The notes under the pieces are model-generated. The model did not search any database, was not told the DNA's origin, and saw nothing but the letters and a program-made list of their open reading frames with translations. Both the position numbers and the translations under genes were made by a program. From Antechinus flavipes (taxonomy: Eukaryota), in NCBI RefSeq assembly GCF_016432865.1, contig NC_067401.1, positions 479,570,001 to 479,634,000 of the forward strand: a stretch of 64,000 nucleotides of DNA. The letters run 5' to 3'. Positions 63,580 to 64,000 of the stretch are shown here, in pieces (the first letter of the stretch is position 1; each line of letters begins with the position of its first letter).

Positions 63580-63757
63580 GGCAGCTAGGTGGCGCAGTGG
63601 CTAGAGCACCAGTCCTGAAGTCAGGAGAATTTGAACTCAGATCTGAGTTCAAATTCAGCCTCAGACACTTAACACTTCCTGGCTGTGTGACCCTGGGCAA
63701 GTTACTTAACCCCAATTGCCTTAGCAAAAAAAAAAAAAAAACAAACAAAAAAAAAAA
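63580..63757 (+). mobile_element. WSINE1-like SINE with an inverted-duplicated B-box
   Basis: Full SINE text plus A-tail; 30-bp palindrome at 63627-63656. Confidence 0.88.
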
Positions 63758-63888
63758 CCAATAAAAGTGAGATACTTATAAAGCCCTTTATAAACCTTAA
63801 TGTGCTAGGTCAATGCTAGCAATTATTGTTATTAATGGTAATTATAAATATGTTCTTTTCCCTGTCTTTCTCCCCCTTTTCCCTCTAG

Positions 63889-64000
63889 GAGCTTCACTGC
63901 CTGGTGGAGCGTTTCCCTAGGGGCAAGAAGAGCTGAGCTTGTTCCTTTGGGTGACCAAGGGCAGGCTGCTTCACCTTGGGAGCAGCTTATAAAAGCCTTA
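63889..64000 (+). CDS. Candidate next CCDC163 exon (phase 2, open to the window end)
   Basis: Long polypyrimidine tract plus ctctag|G at 63888; frame SFTAWWSVSLGARRAELVPL has no stop; homology not recognised. Confidence 0.35.

Noticed and set aside
12302-63757. tRNA-like A/B-box sequences as tRNA genes
   Set aside because: They are SINE heads followed by CORE segments and A-tails, with no cloverleaf

Overview
This is marsupial genomic DNA; the tRNA-headed CORE-SINEs, MAR1-type SINEs and L1 3' ends look dasyurid-like. It is syntenic to human 1p34.1, in reverse orientation. Four intron-containing genes can be rebuilt by hand with GT-AG junctions and consistent phases. AKR1A1 (-): 8 coding exons, 324 aa, 6310-11313. 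PRDX1 (+): 5 coding exons, 199 aa, 46498-51847. MMACHC (-): 4 exons, 274 aa, 53855-58552. CCDC163 (+): at least 8 coding exons, about 256 codons so far, running toward or past the window end. AKR1A1 and PRDX1 are divergent across about 28 kb of repeat-rich DNA. PRDX1 and MMACHC are convergent, and MMACHC and CCDC163 share a bidirectional CpG-island promoter, the architecture behind human epi-cblC. Most notable observations: five TCF/LEF sites in 135 bp beside a solo LTR upstream of PRDX1; loss of the Thr90-Pro CDK motif and of both prolines flanking the GGLG loop of PRDX1; an 11-copy GC-box VNTR at the AKR1A1 promoter; a phase-compatible chain of unexplained minus-strand exon-like units; a long intact CCDC163 with no AUG at the conserved start; convergent terminators sharing an 11-mer; and a perfect 30-bp B-box palindrome in a SINE. 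No prokaryotic features, CRISPR arrays, rRNA or true tRNA genes were seen. Motif, repeat-family and orthology calls are by eye and from memory, not from database searches.
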